Counted from the stretch's first letter, positions 1 to 13,206 are shown. The stretch: DNA of 64,000 nucleotides from Octopus sinensis (GCF_006345805.1 NC_043000.1:67332001-67396000); one strand, 5' to 3'. The notes: a model not told the origin generated them from the sequence alone. Made by a program: numbers and translations.

Positions 1-221
1 TTTCTTATTTTGAAGAAAAAAATGAAATTCTTGGAAAAACTCAGTCAGCAAACCATTTTTCACTTACATGTGTAGAAGATTCCAAAGCATTCCTACACAT
101 GTATGTCCCCTGCCTCAAACCAACTTTGTTGCCTCATAACTTCCAGAAAATGGATAATTTTAAATGAAATTTTCTACAAATATACTCCAGATGGTGTAGA
201 TTCTGAATACTGAAAAATTTC

Positions 222-828
222 TGAAAACTTTACACAAGATGGCTTTCTTTACTCGTAACTTTTAGAAATATGGGCAATTTTTAAATGAAATTTTCTAATT
301 TTCAGAATGTGTAGATTACCATTATATCGGAATTAAATTTGAAAAAAAAAAAAAAATACTGACACATGTCACATATATCTACAAAATGAAACTTGAAATT
401 TTGGTTAAAAGTAAAGATGTAGTTGTGATTAAAAGAAAATTTTATGATTACAGATGGGCTGAGGATAATAACATGCAGTTTAATGCTGAAAAATTCCAGG
501 CTCTGTGCTACCAGCATCCAAAACTGAATATTAAATCTACAGGGTACACCGGTCCACAGGGAATTTCAATCCCAGAGCCTAAGTCAGTGAGGGACCTGGG
601 TATCGACATGATGTGGTGAGGAGTTTTGAAAACTTTACACAAGCCGACTTTCTTTTCTCATAACTTTCAGGAATATGGGCAATTTTTAAATAAAATTTTC
701 TAATTTTCTGAATGTGTACATTACCATTATATCGGAATTAAATTTGAAAAAAAAAAAAAAATGGTGGGCTCATACACATACATACTGACACACGTCACAT
801 ATATCTACAAAATGAAACTTGAAATTTT
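222..828 (+). repeat. ~190-bp direct repeat (222-405 and 626-828) bracketing a LINE RT fragment
   Basis: gaaaactttacacaag...ggcaatttttaaat...tatcggaattaaatttgaaaaa...cacatatatctacaaaatgaaacttgaaattttg occurs twice. Confidence 0.8.
430..615 (+). mobile_element. CR1/Jockey-group LINE reverse-transcriptase C-terminal fragment
   Basis: ORF 386-619 contains WAEDNNMQFNAEKFQAL...VRDLGIDM, matching the W.xN.M.FN..K...V.DLGI pattern after the YADD motif. Confidence 0.7.
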
Positions 829-2562
829 GAACAAAAAAATAAAATGCCATGTGTCAGTATGTGTGTGTACGTGCTCACTATTTTTCTTTAACACATCAAA
901 TTCCGGCAATGTTTCGTTGATGGTCTAAATCTTCGGCAATTTCCGTCGTAAAGAATTTTTATTTATTTACCTTTATTTTCATGTCCTGTTAAAGGCAACA
1001 TTTGCTTAGAAGTCGTGTGGGGTGGAGTGAAGAGTGAAATACGCACTAGCGCGCACGCACACACACACATTGACTTTCATGTCAATGATGTGAGTGTGTG
1101 AGTAAATACAAATATATAAAGCTGAACACGCTCGCACGCACACGCAAACACACACACACATTATCTTCTACATACATACATACGTACGTACGTACATACG
1201 TGCATACATACATACATACATTGTGCAAGAGTGTATGTGTATGTGGTAGCGCGTGTCACCTTTCGCCTCCCTCACCGACTTCAACAGGATATAAAAGTGA
1301 AACTAAATTCTTTACGGAAATTGCCGAACAATCAACTGGAAAAAATGACAAGATTAAGACCATAAAGCATCACCCAAATTACGATATAATCGTAATTTAC
1401 ACACCCCGAAAAGTATTTGTAGAAAATTTCATTAAAGAATCCATTTTTCTGAAAGTTATGAGGAAACAAAGCCAACTTGCGTGAATTTTCCAAATCTTCT
1501 CTTCCCACCCCCAGAAAATCTTCTCACGACAAATTCCGATATAATCGGAATCTACACCATCTGAAGCGTATTTGTTGAAAATTTCATTACGAAATATCCA
1601 TTTTTCTGGAAGTTATGAGGAAACAAAATCGGGGGGGGGGCGCTACACACGTATGTAGGAATTCCAGTTTCAAAATAATAGTTAGACAAAATGCTTCAAC
1701 GTATTTAATTTGGAAAACAGTTTTCCTATTTTTTTCCGGTCTAGCGGGCAGCATGAAGAAGTGATATCGTTTTTGCGCGCATAAACCAATGTAAACAATA
1801 TGCTTTTAGGTAACATACATATTAGATTAATTTCTCTTTTATACTATCATCAAAACAAAGAATTACTTTCATTTACTTTAACGAAACGATACATACACAA
1901 TCACCAAACTTGTTATTGTTTTGGATGGAATTTAAGGCAACAAATATCTGTGTTTTAGCAAATGTTCAGCTTTCACTAGAAAAACTATGTAAAATAAAAA
2001 TATACTGATCCAAAATTAATACCCACAATCAGTCACCCATATTTTACTTATCATATTGTGACGCATCGCGCATTTAAAAAATTCAAATTTAAGCACTGAC
2101 TGACTAATTAATAGTTGCTAAGTTAAATAGGCACAAGTTCACAAAATTTTGTGCAAGGGCTTTAAAGATTTAAAGTACTAGTACTTTGCTTTATACATCA
2201 CGGAAGTAAATTTTAGAAAAGGTGAGATTAAGTCGGAACGTAAAGGGAATAACTATATGTATAAAATTCTTTGTCTCTGTGTTTGTGTCTGTCTCATGCA
2301 TTCTCAAACGGCTCCACCAAATCAAATTTTACAACTACGAGAATGTCAACATGTAATTTTTGTTTTCATTTGGATTGAAACAATATAACATTTTCTCGAA
2401 AATAATCTTTCTATAGTCAACTATAGTGACATACATTTTTATAATACGACGACAACGACGTCACAGGTTGTATATGAGAGTGTATGTCTGTCTGTGAGTG
2501 TGTGTGTTTGCGCATTCGTTGCGTACGAGATAGTCCTTTCTATTGCGCGTTCGTTGCGTACG

Positions 2563-2768
2563 AGATAGTCCTTTCCACTGGAGGCACAAGGCCTCAAATG
2601 TTGGGGAAGGGATTAAGTCGATTACATCGACTCCCGTGCGTAACTAGTACTTATTTAATCGACCCCGAAAGGATGAAAGGCAAAGTCGACCTCGGCGGAA
2701 TTTGAACTCAGAACGTAACGGCAGACGAAATACGGCTACGCATTTCGCTCGGCGTGCTAACGTTTCTA
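2563..2768 (-). mobile_element. tRNA-derived SINE with Meta-like central domain
   Basis: The reverse strand has the B-box gagttcaaattcc followed by gaggtcgactttgcctttcatcctttcggggtcgattaaataagtac; the same family recurs at 8876, 50010, 51405 and 63347. A 35-bp tandem duplication lies at 2508-2577. The domain name is from recall. Confidence 0.85.
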
Positions 2769-2865
2769 AGGACATTTTACACGACGACACATCTCTATCA
2801 TTCTCTCTTCATTTAGTCAACTGTCCTGTCTAGCGTTTACCGTTGTAACAATGCCTGGTGCCAAA

Positions 2866-3340
2866 AAAGGTAAATATTTCGTACCTCGGTGTGAAATATT
2901 TTCCCCCAGTTTTATTCGAGTGCATTTAACATATCTGATCTCCAAACCCGCCTCAAGCCACTTTGTTCCAGAAAAGAAAGTGAGGGGAGAGGTAAAAAAA
3001 TGTTCTCACAGAGAAATATCGGCGGGTCTTTTACCGCAAATAGCTGTCACGTAGTACTAGGGCGTGCTAGAAATAGCAGCCAAATCTTTTCTTTTTCTAG
3101 GGAAAGGAGTTGTTTACGCATGATTTCGATGTGACATTCGTTGAAGGTATGTGAAATAACCAGGAAAAGAAAAACAAAAACCCGCGAAACAAAACCCCTC
3201 CCCCTCCCCCTTTCTTTTCCAGAAAAAAGTGGCTTGCGGCAGATTTAAGATGTCAAATGCGTTGGATACACTCGAAAAAACACGTGGAAAAAAATTATTT
3301 CCCACCGAGGTACGAACGGGTCCTTTACGAAATATTTACC
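2866..3340. mobile_element. MITE with ~70-bp terminal inverted repeats
   Basis: ggtaaatatttcgtacctcggtgtgaaatatttt (2869) versus the reverse complement of aaattatttcccaccgaggtacgaacgggtcctttacgaaatatttacc (~3290-3340). No coding capacity. A second copy is at 46788. Confidence 0.75.
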
Positions 3341-3912
3341 CCCGAGTGAAACCCAATTCTTCTGTCTGTCATAAGTATATACAGGGTTGCTTAGATCCTG
3401 TTTAAATAGTAGAACAGTCATACTTGATAGTTCTTTGATAATAAATTTCAGAAAATGAATTATTCACGGGATCCAAACTACATTGTTACGACGATAGTAG
3501 CCATTTACAATAAATCATTTTCCTTTTATGAAATAACAACAAACAATTTCAAACACATTAACTTTACCGTAAATTGGGGTCTGAAAATTAGCTTCTGCCA
3601 TGTTGCTGTAGTAATGCCTATCGGTGTAAACGTAAAAAAAATCCCAGGGAAAATAATATCAATTTTTCCGACTGCGTCACTTTATGTTAAGTTTATGATT
3701 GCTATAGATACCAACTTCAACATATATCTTAGGAAATTATATAATCTTAAGAATTTATGTAATCACTTGACTATTAGATATTTATCTATGCAAAAGTGAC
3801 TCCCAAATAGAAACGTTTGATTTTTTTGTCAAGTTTTCGCGGCTAACTTCAGCCAAAATCCAAATGTTTTTGTCAAGCTATATCAGAACATATACGCGCA
3901 AACACACACACG

Positions 3913-3956
<44 letters not shown>

Positions 3957-3965
3957 TACATACAC

Positions 3966-5582
3966 CATATCTTCATCATGGCTCGGTTTCGCAAACGAAG
4001 ACCAGGAAGGCTGTCCACGTTGCGTGCATGTACGCTCATGACTGACAAGTCCGATATAGGAAAGGCAGGTCAGTGAGCAGTGTACACAGACGAAGGTAAC
4101 ATCCGGTGTGGTGTCAGAGGTGGCTCGCGCCTTCCTCCTGCGTCTCTTGTCTTTAAGCGCGTCTCTTCTTTGTTCCTCAAACTTGCTGACTGCGTTGAAG
4201 ATCGTGTGGCGCCAGACATCACGGTCCGCAGCCAGGTCTGACCAGCATTGGTGGTTAATATGACGAGCTGTGAGAGACTTCTTGGGGCAGTTTTTGTAGC
4301 GCTTCCTCGGAGCTCCTCTCACTCTGTGGCTGGTGGAGAGTTCGCCAAACAGGGTAATCTTAGGAAGGCGATGGTTCTCCATTCTGGAGACATGCCCTGC
4401 CCATCGGAGGTGGAACTTCAGTAGCATGGCTTCAATGCTGGGTATCTCGGCCCGCTCCAAGACTTCAATGTTTGTGACGAAGTCACACCCGTGTATGTTG
4501 AGGATGGTGCGGAGACATCATTGGTGGAAGCGCTCGAGGAGACGGATGTGACTGCGGTAAGTGATCCAGGTCTCTGAGCCACAGAGAAGATTGGTGAGAA
4601 CCACGGCCTTGTAGACACTGATCTTTGTTTTGTTCTTCAGGTTATTATTGTGCCAAACACGTTTGTACAATCTGCCAAAGGACCTGCCTTAGAGAGTCTT
4701 TTTTAATTTCTTTGTCGATCCTTGCATCGAATGAGATGATGCAGCCCAGGTATGTATACTGCTGAGTTGATTTCAGTTCGGTACTGCAGATAGTGATGTG
4801 GAGTGGGCTGTAATCCTCTTGGGGTGTAGGTTAGTGAAGTACTTCCGTCTTCTTGAGGCTGACCTCCAGGCCAAAGAGCCGCGAGGCGTCGGCAAAGCAG
4901 GACGTGATGCGCTGCAGAGCTCGCTCTGTGTGGGCGACAAGGACATCGTCGTCTGCGAAGAGAAGGTCTCGGATCAGCCTCTCCTGGGTTTTGGTGTGGA
5001 CTTCGAGGCGCCGTAGATTGAAGAGGCTGCCATCCAGACGATACCTAACATACACCCCATCCTCATCCTCCATATCTTCAGTTGCATGCTTGATCATCAT
5101 GCTGAAGAGAGCCAGTGCCAGGACACAACCCTGCTTCACGCCGTTGGAGATGGAGAAAGGCTCCGACAGGTCACCATTGAGTCTGATCTGACCACACTGA
5201 TTCTCGTGCAGCTGGATCACCATATGTAGAAACTTGGTGGGACAGCCAAGTCGTTCCAGGATGAGCTATAGTCCTGTCCTGCTCACTGTGTCAAATGCCT
5301 TTGTGAGGTCGACAAAAATAGCATAGAGTCCCCTGTTTTGTTCTCGGCACTCCTGGAGTTGGCGAAGGACGAACACCATATCTGTTGTCTCTGAAGCCAC
5401 ACTGGCTCACGGGGAGGTTTTCTTCAGCGATGGTTGGTACTAGCCTATTGAGCAGGATCTTGGCAAGTACTTTGCCGGCAATGGAGAGTAGGGTGTTTCC
5501 CCGGTAGTTGGAGCAGTCAGACTTTTCACCCTTGTTCTTGTACAGGGTTATGATGACGGCGTCATGAAGATCCTGTGGCAGA
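3966..5582 (-). mobile_element. 5'-truncated RTE-clade LINE (RT and C-terminus, frameshifted)
   Basis: Frames give DAVIITLYKNKGEKSDCSNYRG, DLTKAFDTVSR, GVKQGCVLA, LLFADD and LRWAGHVSRMENHRLPK. Flanked by (TACA)/(CA) microsatellite on both sides. Confidence 0.95.
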
Positions 5583-5689
5583 GTAAACATACATACATAC
5601 ATACATATTTCGTTTACAAAAATCCAGTGGCTACATGCTAGGGTTTGCAACTGCTAGAGATGCCAATGTAATCCATAATTTTTTTGTGT

Positions 5690-6520
5690 ATAACTTGAAG
5701 ATTTATGTTAAAAGTGTTGACAATGCCAAAAAGAAAAAGAAGAAAAAGAAAAACAGGGTTAATAACGACTGTTTCTGGTGACATGACTAGAATTTGGCCA
5801 AAAGTAGTGTTCGTATTTGATTGCTGAACTTGGACAATCAATCACCCAAACTCAAAACATGTACATCGACGGTTTCTCTATCTTTCCTGTTCCACACAAA
5901 GAACACTACAAAAAACTAGGTATTGATGAAAATATATCATAGGAAGGTGCTGTGAATTAAGAGTGACCCGGGAATATTACTCGAGAATTAGAGAAAAAAG
6001 ACAACCTTACGACACGACAATATCCCTCAAAGTATTTGAAGTACCAGTGCTAATACTAATATTTCGGATGCTTGAGTCAGATGAGGACCGTGGGGTGGGG
6101 TGGGGTAAGGGGAACGTGTCCCTCTGAAAAAAAGAAGTACGCTCTTCTAAGTAATGTTACTACGCCCTTTTCTCCAGGAATTGTATTCCCTTCGAAAAAT
6201 TCCTGGGACCGGCCCTGTGAGTAGTCTTTAGAGGAAATTCATTCTGTAGACATTAAACTCTGAAAGATCCTGACATCGACAGAAAACATTCACAGAAACC
6301 ATGATTTCAGTAGGCTCTACATAAAAAGAGATGAAAGAGTTAGAGGCTTGATATTAGTACAGACAAATTTCATATGTCATATAGTATCACTCAGACAGCA
6401 TCTGCTAAACAACAGTAGCAATAGTAAATATATAAACCTAATACTGATATACAAAGAGAATACCATCCCACAAGTTGACAGTGAGCTCTATTAAAACAAC
6501 TGGACTTGCATAACTCAGAG
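5690..6520 (+). mobile_element. Heavily decayed R4/Dong-type RT remnant, interrupted by a small GC-rich insertion (~6085-6218)
   Basis: Broken frames read DNLKIYVKS, SGDM..FGQK*C, REYYSRIR, EEIHSVDIKL*KIL and DFSRLYIKRDERVRGLILVQ, collinear with the Dong-type RT at 10184-10774. Confidence 0.6.
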
Positions 6521-7148
6521 AAAATCTGGATGTGAAACACTCAACCTACAAAAAAAAAAAAAAAAGAATGTATAAGTATGTTTCCCGAAGACTCGAACAT
6601 GACACTAATACCGACATGAGTGGTGTAATTAATAGGGAAGCAAGGAGAGCGACCACTCCACGCCGAATACATTTTAAAAAATTGGTGCCTTTTATAAAAA
6701 AAAAATATATCAACGAGTTAAAAATTATTTGGCATGTGTCATGGCGCCTTTTTTATGCGCTCGCTCCCCCTAACTTTAGAACCTGGCTACGCACCCCACT
6801 GCGGACCGGAGACTGCTACATCACATTTTGAAGACTATGCGTTTACGATCCAATAAGAGGAAGCTGCTAAAAATATTTAACGAACAAAAGGGACAGTGAA
6901 GTCTTTGGAGCCCGAAGATGCAACCGAAAACGTCGATTTGTCATATCTTTGTAGACATAACACATGTAAGGGGTAGCAGCTCACAAATATCATCAAGGTA
7001 TTATCACTCAATGCGAGGCGACATGGCGAAAATGACTGTCCTGAGATAAATATAGAGAATCCCCCAGTTATTGAGTACATGCATAAACATCAACACAAGG
7101 AATGTTGGCGGAACATTCTAATAAAAAATTCTACAAAGTAGAATTGTA

Positions 7149-7522
7149 GGCGTAGGAGTGGCTGTGTGGTAAGTAGCTTGTTTACGAACCACATAGTTCC
7201 GGGTTCATCCACACTGTGTGGCACCTTGGGCAAGTGTCTTCTACTATAGCCTCGGGTCGACCAAAGCCTTGTGAGTGCATTTGGTAGACGGAAACTGAAA
7301 GAAGCCTGTCGTATATATGTATATATATATGTGTCTGTGTTTGTCCCCGCAACATCGCTTGACAACCGATGGTGGTGTGTTTACGTCACCGTAACCTAGT
7401 GGTTCGGCAATAGAATAAGTACTATGCTTACGAAGAATAAGTCGTGGGGTCGATTTGCTCGACTAAAGGCGATGCTCCAGCATGGCCGCAGTCAAATGAC
7501 TGAAACAAGTAAAAGAGTAAAG
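7149..7522 (+). mobile_element. tRNA-derived CORE-like SINE
   Basis: A-box-like tggctgtgtggtaag, B-box-like ggttcatccac, ccttgggcaagtgtcttctactatagcctcggg domain, internal (TA)n, and 3' tail ccagcatggccgcagtcaaatgactgaaacaagtaaaag. Confidence 0.9.
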
Positions 7523-8250
7523 TGCAAACAAAAGAGGTCGAATATCGTTGTTTGGAACAGGCAAGGAAAGTACCTACCGGCATAGAGATCAGCTACCCAT
7601 CTGATGCTATAACAACTATCACATTTATATCAATATAATTGTTGCTCTTGGTTTTGTTAGAAAATGCCTAAGAGACAGTTAGAACAAGTTAGGGTTTCCA
7701 AAAAGAAAGAAAAAAAAAGAAGAAAAAAGTGAAACAGCCAACGCGCACATTTACAAATACAATCTTAAGCGTAGCAGTAAAAATATGCAAAACTTTTCGC
7801 AAGTTCAACATATAACAACGATGGAGCTTTGTATTTTTGGTCAGAAACCACCTTCTTCCCGATAGGAAAACTACAAATAATTAAAAATAGAAGAGTGCAT
7901 GCATCCATTCATGCATGCATGTAGCCAGCTCTTATACTCAGGCTAAAGATTTTCTTTTGTACCTGTTATCACTGTATAACACAATCTTATAATAATTCTG
8001 CTTGTTACTTGGCTCGTCGGTAACGCTTTCACGTGATTAGAGAAGGAAAGGGTGACCGAACAGAGGGAGACATAAAAAGCGGGAGAGAGACACGCCCAAG
8101 ACGTGAGGTAGAGGGAATGTAATATTACATGGTTAAAAAAGTTAGTTGAAGGTAGTGACATAGAGGAGCAGAGTTGAAAATATAATGTTAACATAAGGGT
8201 GATATTGTGATGATGAGGTTAAAGGCAGTGAGCAGGGTGAGAGAGAGAGA

Positions 8251-8295
<45 letters not shown>

Positions 8296-8736
8296 AGGTG
8301 GCGCTGGTGAGTGAATAGTGAAAAGTGTATTTTTTTTATAATTGAACTAATTCTTTTATATCACCTATCACTTAACGCATGCACATAAGTGCAATTCCGT
8401 GAAATATTCACGTTTATTTACGTGGCAGATATGCGCAATATAAGTAAAGGTTGTATCATATGTACGGCGATATTTTTTTGCTTATGGGAAAAATAGAAAA
8501 ATAAGAGTTATTTTATGAGTGCTGTGTATTAAATCTATAAAACTGCATAAAGTGTGTATGTAAAGTGCATTAACTTATCATCGTATTCCAATTTCTTTCA
8601 GTTATCAATCAGTAGCAGATGAGCGACTATCTTTCCATACAGACTACGCTTTCAGGATTTTTGGATAACGTTTTCAGACATAACCCAATGGGTTTACCAT
8701 TAATTCCCGTGAAATATTCACGGGTCCCGCTACTTA

Positions 8737-8806
<70 letters not shown>

Positions 8807-8807
<1 letters not shown>

Positions 8808-10800
8808 TAGTATATTTTTTATATCGTGCTTTCACTTCACTACCGAGTGCAGCTCTGTGTGCCTTGGGTATGTGCTTAAGTCGATTACATCGACCCCAGT
8901 GCGTAACTGGTACTTAATTTATCGACCCCGAAAGGATGAAAGGCAAAGTCGACCTCGGCGGAATTTGAACTCACAACGTCTGCGTTACGTTGTGAGTTCA
9001 AATTCCGCCGAGGTCGACTTTGCCTTTCATCCTTTCGGGGTCGATAAATTAAGTACCAGTTACGCACTGGGGTCGATGTAATCGACTTAATACCTATGTC
9101 TGTCCTTGTTTGTCCCCTCTGTGTTTAGCCCCTTGTGGGTAATAAAGAAATAGGTATGTGCTGTGATTTGTTGTGATGTTCTGATGGTTATTGTATGGAA
9201 AGTGTTCTGTGTAGGATGTGTGCAGTGCCTAGCAGTGCAATTTTCTGTATGTTATATGTGTTTGTAAGTCCTGGTGTTTTTATTATGTATTTGTCTGAAT
9301 ATTTTTTTATCATGCCTAATGCACCTACTATGATAGAAATTGTTTCTGTTTTTAGATTCCACATTCTGGTTACCTCTATTTCCAGGTCTTTGTATTTTGA
9401 AAGTTTCTCCATTTCTTTTAGAGAAACGTTGTCATCTGCCGGTATTGATACATCAATTAGAAAGCATTTTTTTCCTTCATGATCTCTGACAACTATATCT
9501 GGTCTGTTTGCCTTAATTTCTCTATCTGTGTGTATCGGCATATCTCAGAGTATGGTTGCTTTCTCGTTTTCTGTGACCTTTTCTGGTGTGTGCCTATACC
9601 ATCTTTTTTCTGTTGTTATTCCATAATGTTGACACAGCTTCCAGTGTATATAGGTTCCAACTCTGTCATGTCTGTGAATATATTCCTTCTTAGCCAGGAC
9701 TGGGCAGTCAGAGATAATATGATTTATTGTTTCTTGTCCATCTCCACATGTTCTGCAGTTACTTGTTATATTTCTTTTCATTACATGTTTTTGGTAATTT
9801 CTGGTGGGGAGGCTTTGGTCTTGTGCTGCAATTAAATATCCCTCTGTCTCTGCTTTGAATCCTGAGCTTCTCAACCATTGCTGGGATTTTTTCTTTGTCT
9901 ATTTCTTTTGCATTTAGTTTAGTCCAGTATTTACCATGAAGGGGCTTTTCTTGCCATCGTTTTATCATGGTTCTTTGCTGTTCTAGTTTTAGTTTGGATT
10001 TCATTTGTTTTATAGCTTTTGTTGTTTCTTCTTCTTCTTCTTCTTCTTCTTCTTCTTCTTCTTCTTCTTCTTCTTCTTCTTCTTCATATTTATTAGGTGG
10101 TATGATTTCTTGTTTGTATTTGTCAGCTTTCTTAAATACTGAGAACAGTTTTTTGTTTTGCTCGTGTTTTGCCGCTATTTGTATCAGTTTTCCTTCCTTC
10201 TGAAGTAGATATTTTTGCAGGTGGTTATTTTATAGTAGTTTTCTAGCTGTATAAGGCCTCTACCACCTTCTATACGTTGTATATATAGTCTTTCTATGTC
10301 AGATTTTGGGTGATGCATCCTAGATCCTGTCATTATTTCTCTTGTTTTCCTATCTATTTTGGTCAGTTCATTTAGTGTCCAGTTAAGGATATTGTAGCTG
10401 TAACTTATAACTGGGACAGCTAAAGTGTTAATACCTATTATATTGTTTTTAGCATTCAGCTCTGTTTTTAGTATTGATCTAACTCGTCTATAATATTCTT
10501 TTTTTATTTTCTCTTTCATTTGTGTGTGTTGTGTCTTATCTAGTTCATGGATTCCTAAGTATTTGTAAGTTTGGCTTTGGTCTAATTCTTTTATTTCATT
10601 GGTTTTATCTAGTGTGATGTTGCTACTCTTAACTAGTTTTCCTCTTTTCATGGTTACTTTGGCGCATTTTTCTAATCCAAATTTCATATCTATTTCTTTG
10701 GTAAATCCATGAACTGTCTTTAATAGTGTTTCCAGCTGTTTGTCATTTGCAACGTATAGTTTTAGGTCATCCATATATAAAAGGTGGCTGATCGTTTTAC
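8807..10800 (-). mobile_element. 5'-truncated R4/Dong-clade non-LTR retrotransposon (RT, CCHC, RLE endonuclease)
   Basis: Frames give LLYMDDLKLY, MHHPKSDIERLY, CRTC..GQETINHIISDC, RHDRVG and RPDIVV..CFLIDVSIP..KYKDLEIE..IVGALG. (ATT)n arrays abut both ends (8735-8805 and 10803-10852). Confidence 0.92.
8876..9152 (+). mobile_element. Meta-like SINE with a perfect 104-bp 5' inverted duplication, inserted in the Dong 3' UTR
   Basis: 8876-8979 is the exact reverse complement of 8987-9090, with spacer ctgcgtt. The direct repeat ggtatgtgct occurs at 8867-8876 and 9153-9162. Confidence 0.9.
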
Positions 10801-10801
10801 C

Positions 10802-10852
<51 letters not shown>

Positions 10853-11566
10853 GTAAGTGTTATTGACTACTTGTTTTTATCTAGAAATCAAAGGAAATGA
10901 CTACTATTCCCTTCAGACTTTGCCTTTGTGATTTCGACATCAATTATTTGAAACTGACCTATTTTCCACAGCATTTCAGCGATAAGTTGCCGAAGCAGAA
11001 ATATCGTTATAGCAAATATTCTGCTCAATACCACAGATTTGCTTGTCAGTTGCTTGAGCTTAATCACTTGAGCATGTCCTTTAGGGGCCGACAATAAGTG
11101 CACTTCTGATAATAGGCAGGAGTACGGGAAGCATCGTAGCTATGTATTGAGAGGGTTTCGTTGGGGCTTGAATAAATATCTATCATAAGAAAAGCAAAGT
11201 TTGAAGGAAATATTCACCATTTTTCATGCTTTCGAATAATAGGAACAAACAGTTGCTACCTAAAGACAAAAATCGTGTTACACAGTGTTACCAGAAGTGC
11301 AGAGGGTAACAATAGATTTTCATAAAAGCTTTAAAGTGCTGTGATTCAACAAGAATCTCCAAATACAGTCGATTAGTGGTTAAACGAAAATTTACAAAAT
11401 ATTCCAGGAATAGTCTATTTGAAGTTCTAGCACACAATGACATACATTTGGAACACATTCACACAGACACATATAAACAGAAATAAAACATACGCTTGTC
11501 TTCTAAAGTAATATGCATTCGCGCAACAATCACCACTGGTCTTCTATCTTTCAACTTTTATCTTTT

Positions 11567-11946
11567 ACTTGTTTCAGTAATTAGACTGCGGCCATACTGA
11601 TGCACTGCCTTGAAGTATTTAAGCCGAACGAATCGACTCTAGTAGTTATTCATTTGTAAGCCTGGTACTTATTCTATCGGTTTCTTTTACCGAACCGCAA
11701 AGTTACAGAGGCATATTAGCACACCAACGTCAATTGTTAATCAGTGGTAGGGGATAGACACATACACACCCAATACCCCACATATACATACGACGTGCTT
11801 CTTTCAGTTTCCATGTACCAAATCCACTCGCAGCGCTTTGGACAACCCGAGGCTATAGTTGAAGACACTTGCTCAAGGTGCCTCGCAGTGGGACCGAGCC
11901 CAGAACCATGTGGTTGGGAAACAAACTTCTTTCCACACAGCTACGA
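11567..11946 (-). mobile_element. tRNA-derived CORE-like SINE (diverged)
   Basis: Reverse complement of the 7149-7522 family (gactgcggccatactg...gaagacacttgctcaaggtgcc...ccacacagc). Confidence 0.85.
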
Positions 11947-12019
11947 TTAACTGTCTCGTTTTGGTTTAATATTTCTTGATAAGCAGTATCCTTCATATCC
12001 CGACAAACACAGAGCATAA

Positions 12020-12540
12020 CATTTTCGGGTGAAGTCCTGATTTAGGGATGAATTCTTTTACATTGGATATGACTATAGAGAATCAACTTTTCATCACTTG
12101 TGTGGATTCTACTCAAGAAAGGTTCGGTGGCAAGACTACTCATCAATGATGAGCAGAGGGCAATTCATAGATTAAGTTGAGAAGTAATTAGATGATGAGG
12201 AACCCACTGACCAAGTTTAGGCACTTTTCTTAGTTCTTGAAGGTATTTTATGATTTAAGTGTGACTTAAATTGAATTGCTTTGCTAACTCTCGTGTAGCT
12301 TCCTTTGAACTTTCTTCAATTGAGTGTTTAAGAAACTCAATATTGACAGAACTTGGCCGTCCCTGCGTGAAATGTATTTCCCGAGCGAAACTGATCAAAC
12401 CATCGCTGGCTTGTCCAGACACTTAAAGCTTCATTTCCATAGACAAAACGAATATTTCTTGCCGCTTCTGTTGCATATGAGTCTGATATAAACTCATTTT
12501 ATACGGATAAAATCGATACGAAGAATTTAGCCACTGTGGT
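12020..12540 (-). mobile_element. Mariner (DD34D) transposase N-terminal remnant
   Basis: The reverse strand reads ATEAARNIRFVYGNEALS..SQRWFDQFRSGN..GRP..RELAKQFN..KLGQWVPHHL..TSDEKLILY. Confidence 0.85.
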
Positions 12541-12980
12541 AGAAATTAATCTACAGAGAAAGAATAAAAACATTAGAATGTAAAAATTAATGCTTATTTT
12601 ATCGTAAGTATTCAATAGGTATCCTCAAATTGGTCGTGTCAAAAATGCGCGGAGGCTTTTTTTAAACCAATGTGTGTGCGTGTGTGTGTGTGTGTGTGTG
12701 CGTGCGTGCGTGTGTGTGTGTGTATTAGAAAAGTATTGTATTTCAATTTTCCCTTTTACTCAGCTTGTAGAATAATTGAAATCAAATTGTTATTACTGGC
12801 TATAAAAGAGAATTCATATTAAATTCAGTCTTATTTTAAAATCCAAATGCAAGCGCATGTGTGTGTATGAACGTGTGTGTGTGTGAGCGTGTATGTGTGT
12901 GTGAGAGAGAGAGCGCGTGCGTGTGTGTATGTAAATAAATGAATATATATATATATATCTAATAGACACAATACATCTTT

Positions 12981-13043
12981 TTTGTGCTACTGATAGTTTC
13001 ATATGTTGAGAAATACCTAAAACATATATTCATCAGGCACAAA
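12981..13043 (-). ncRNA. Type I hammerhead ribozyme motif, canonical core
   Basis: The minus strand reads uuugugc CUGAUGA [atatatgtt...aacatat] GAAA cuaucagU A gcacaaa: 7-bp stem I, stem II, 3-bp stem III and a GUA cleavage triplet. Confidence 0.8.
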
Positions 13044-13206
13044 CCATATATCTTAATGAACTAAAAATTGAATGAGAAAAGAAACATGAAAAGTTGAGAA
13101 GGTAGCATATAGAAAACGTGGAAGATTAAAAACAGAAAAACGAAAAAGTAAAAAAAGGTAAAACTTTTTGTGGTTCTTCTCTCATTCAATTTTTAGTTCA
13201 TTGACG

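Larger units (their letters stand above)
1..1680. mobile_element. Long imperfect foldback (inverted-repeat) non-autonomous element, class uncertain; left end probably outside the window
   Basis: ~130-210 (cctcataacttccagaaaatggataatt...ccagatggtgtagattc) is the reverse complement of ~1545-1630. ~880-960 mirrors ~1305-1375 and ~970-1070 mirrors ~1220-1300. The arms are built of repeated aaatttcatt...gaaagttatgagg units, centred on a CA/TACA microsatellite at ~1130-1220. Confidence 0.6.

Noticed and set aside
7149-7230. SINE heads as tRNA genes
   Set aside because: They have A/B-box similarity only, no complete cloverleaf, and they continue into SINE bodies.
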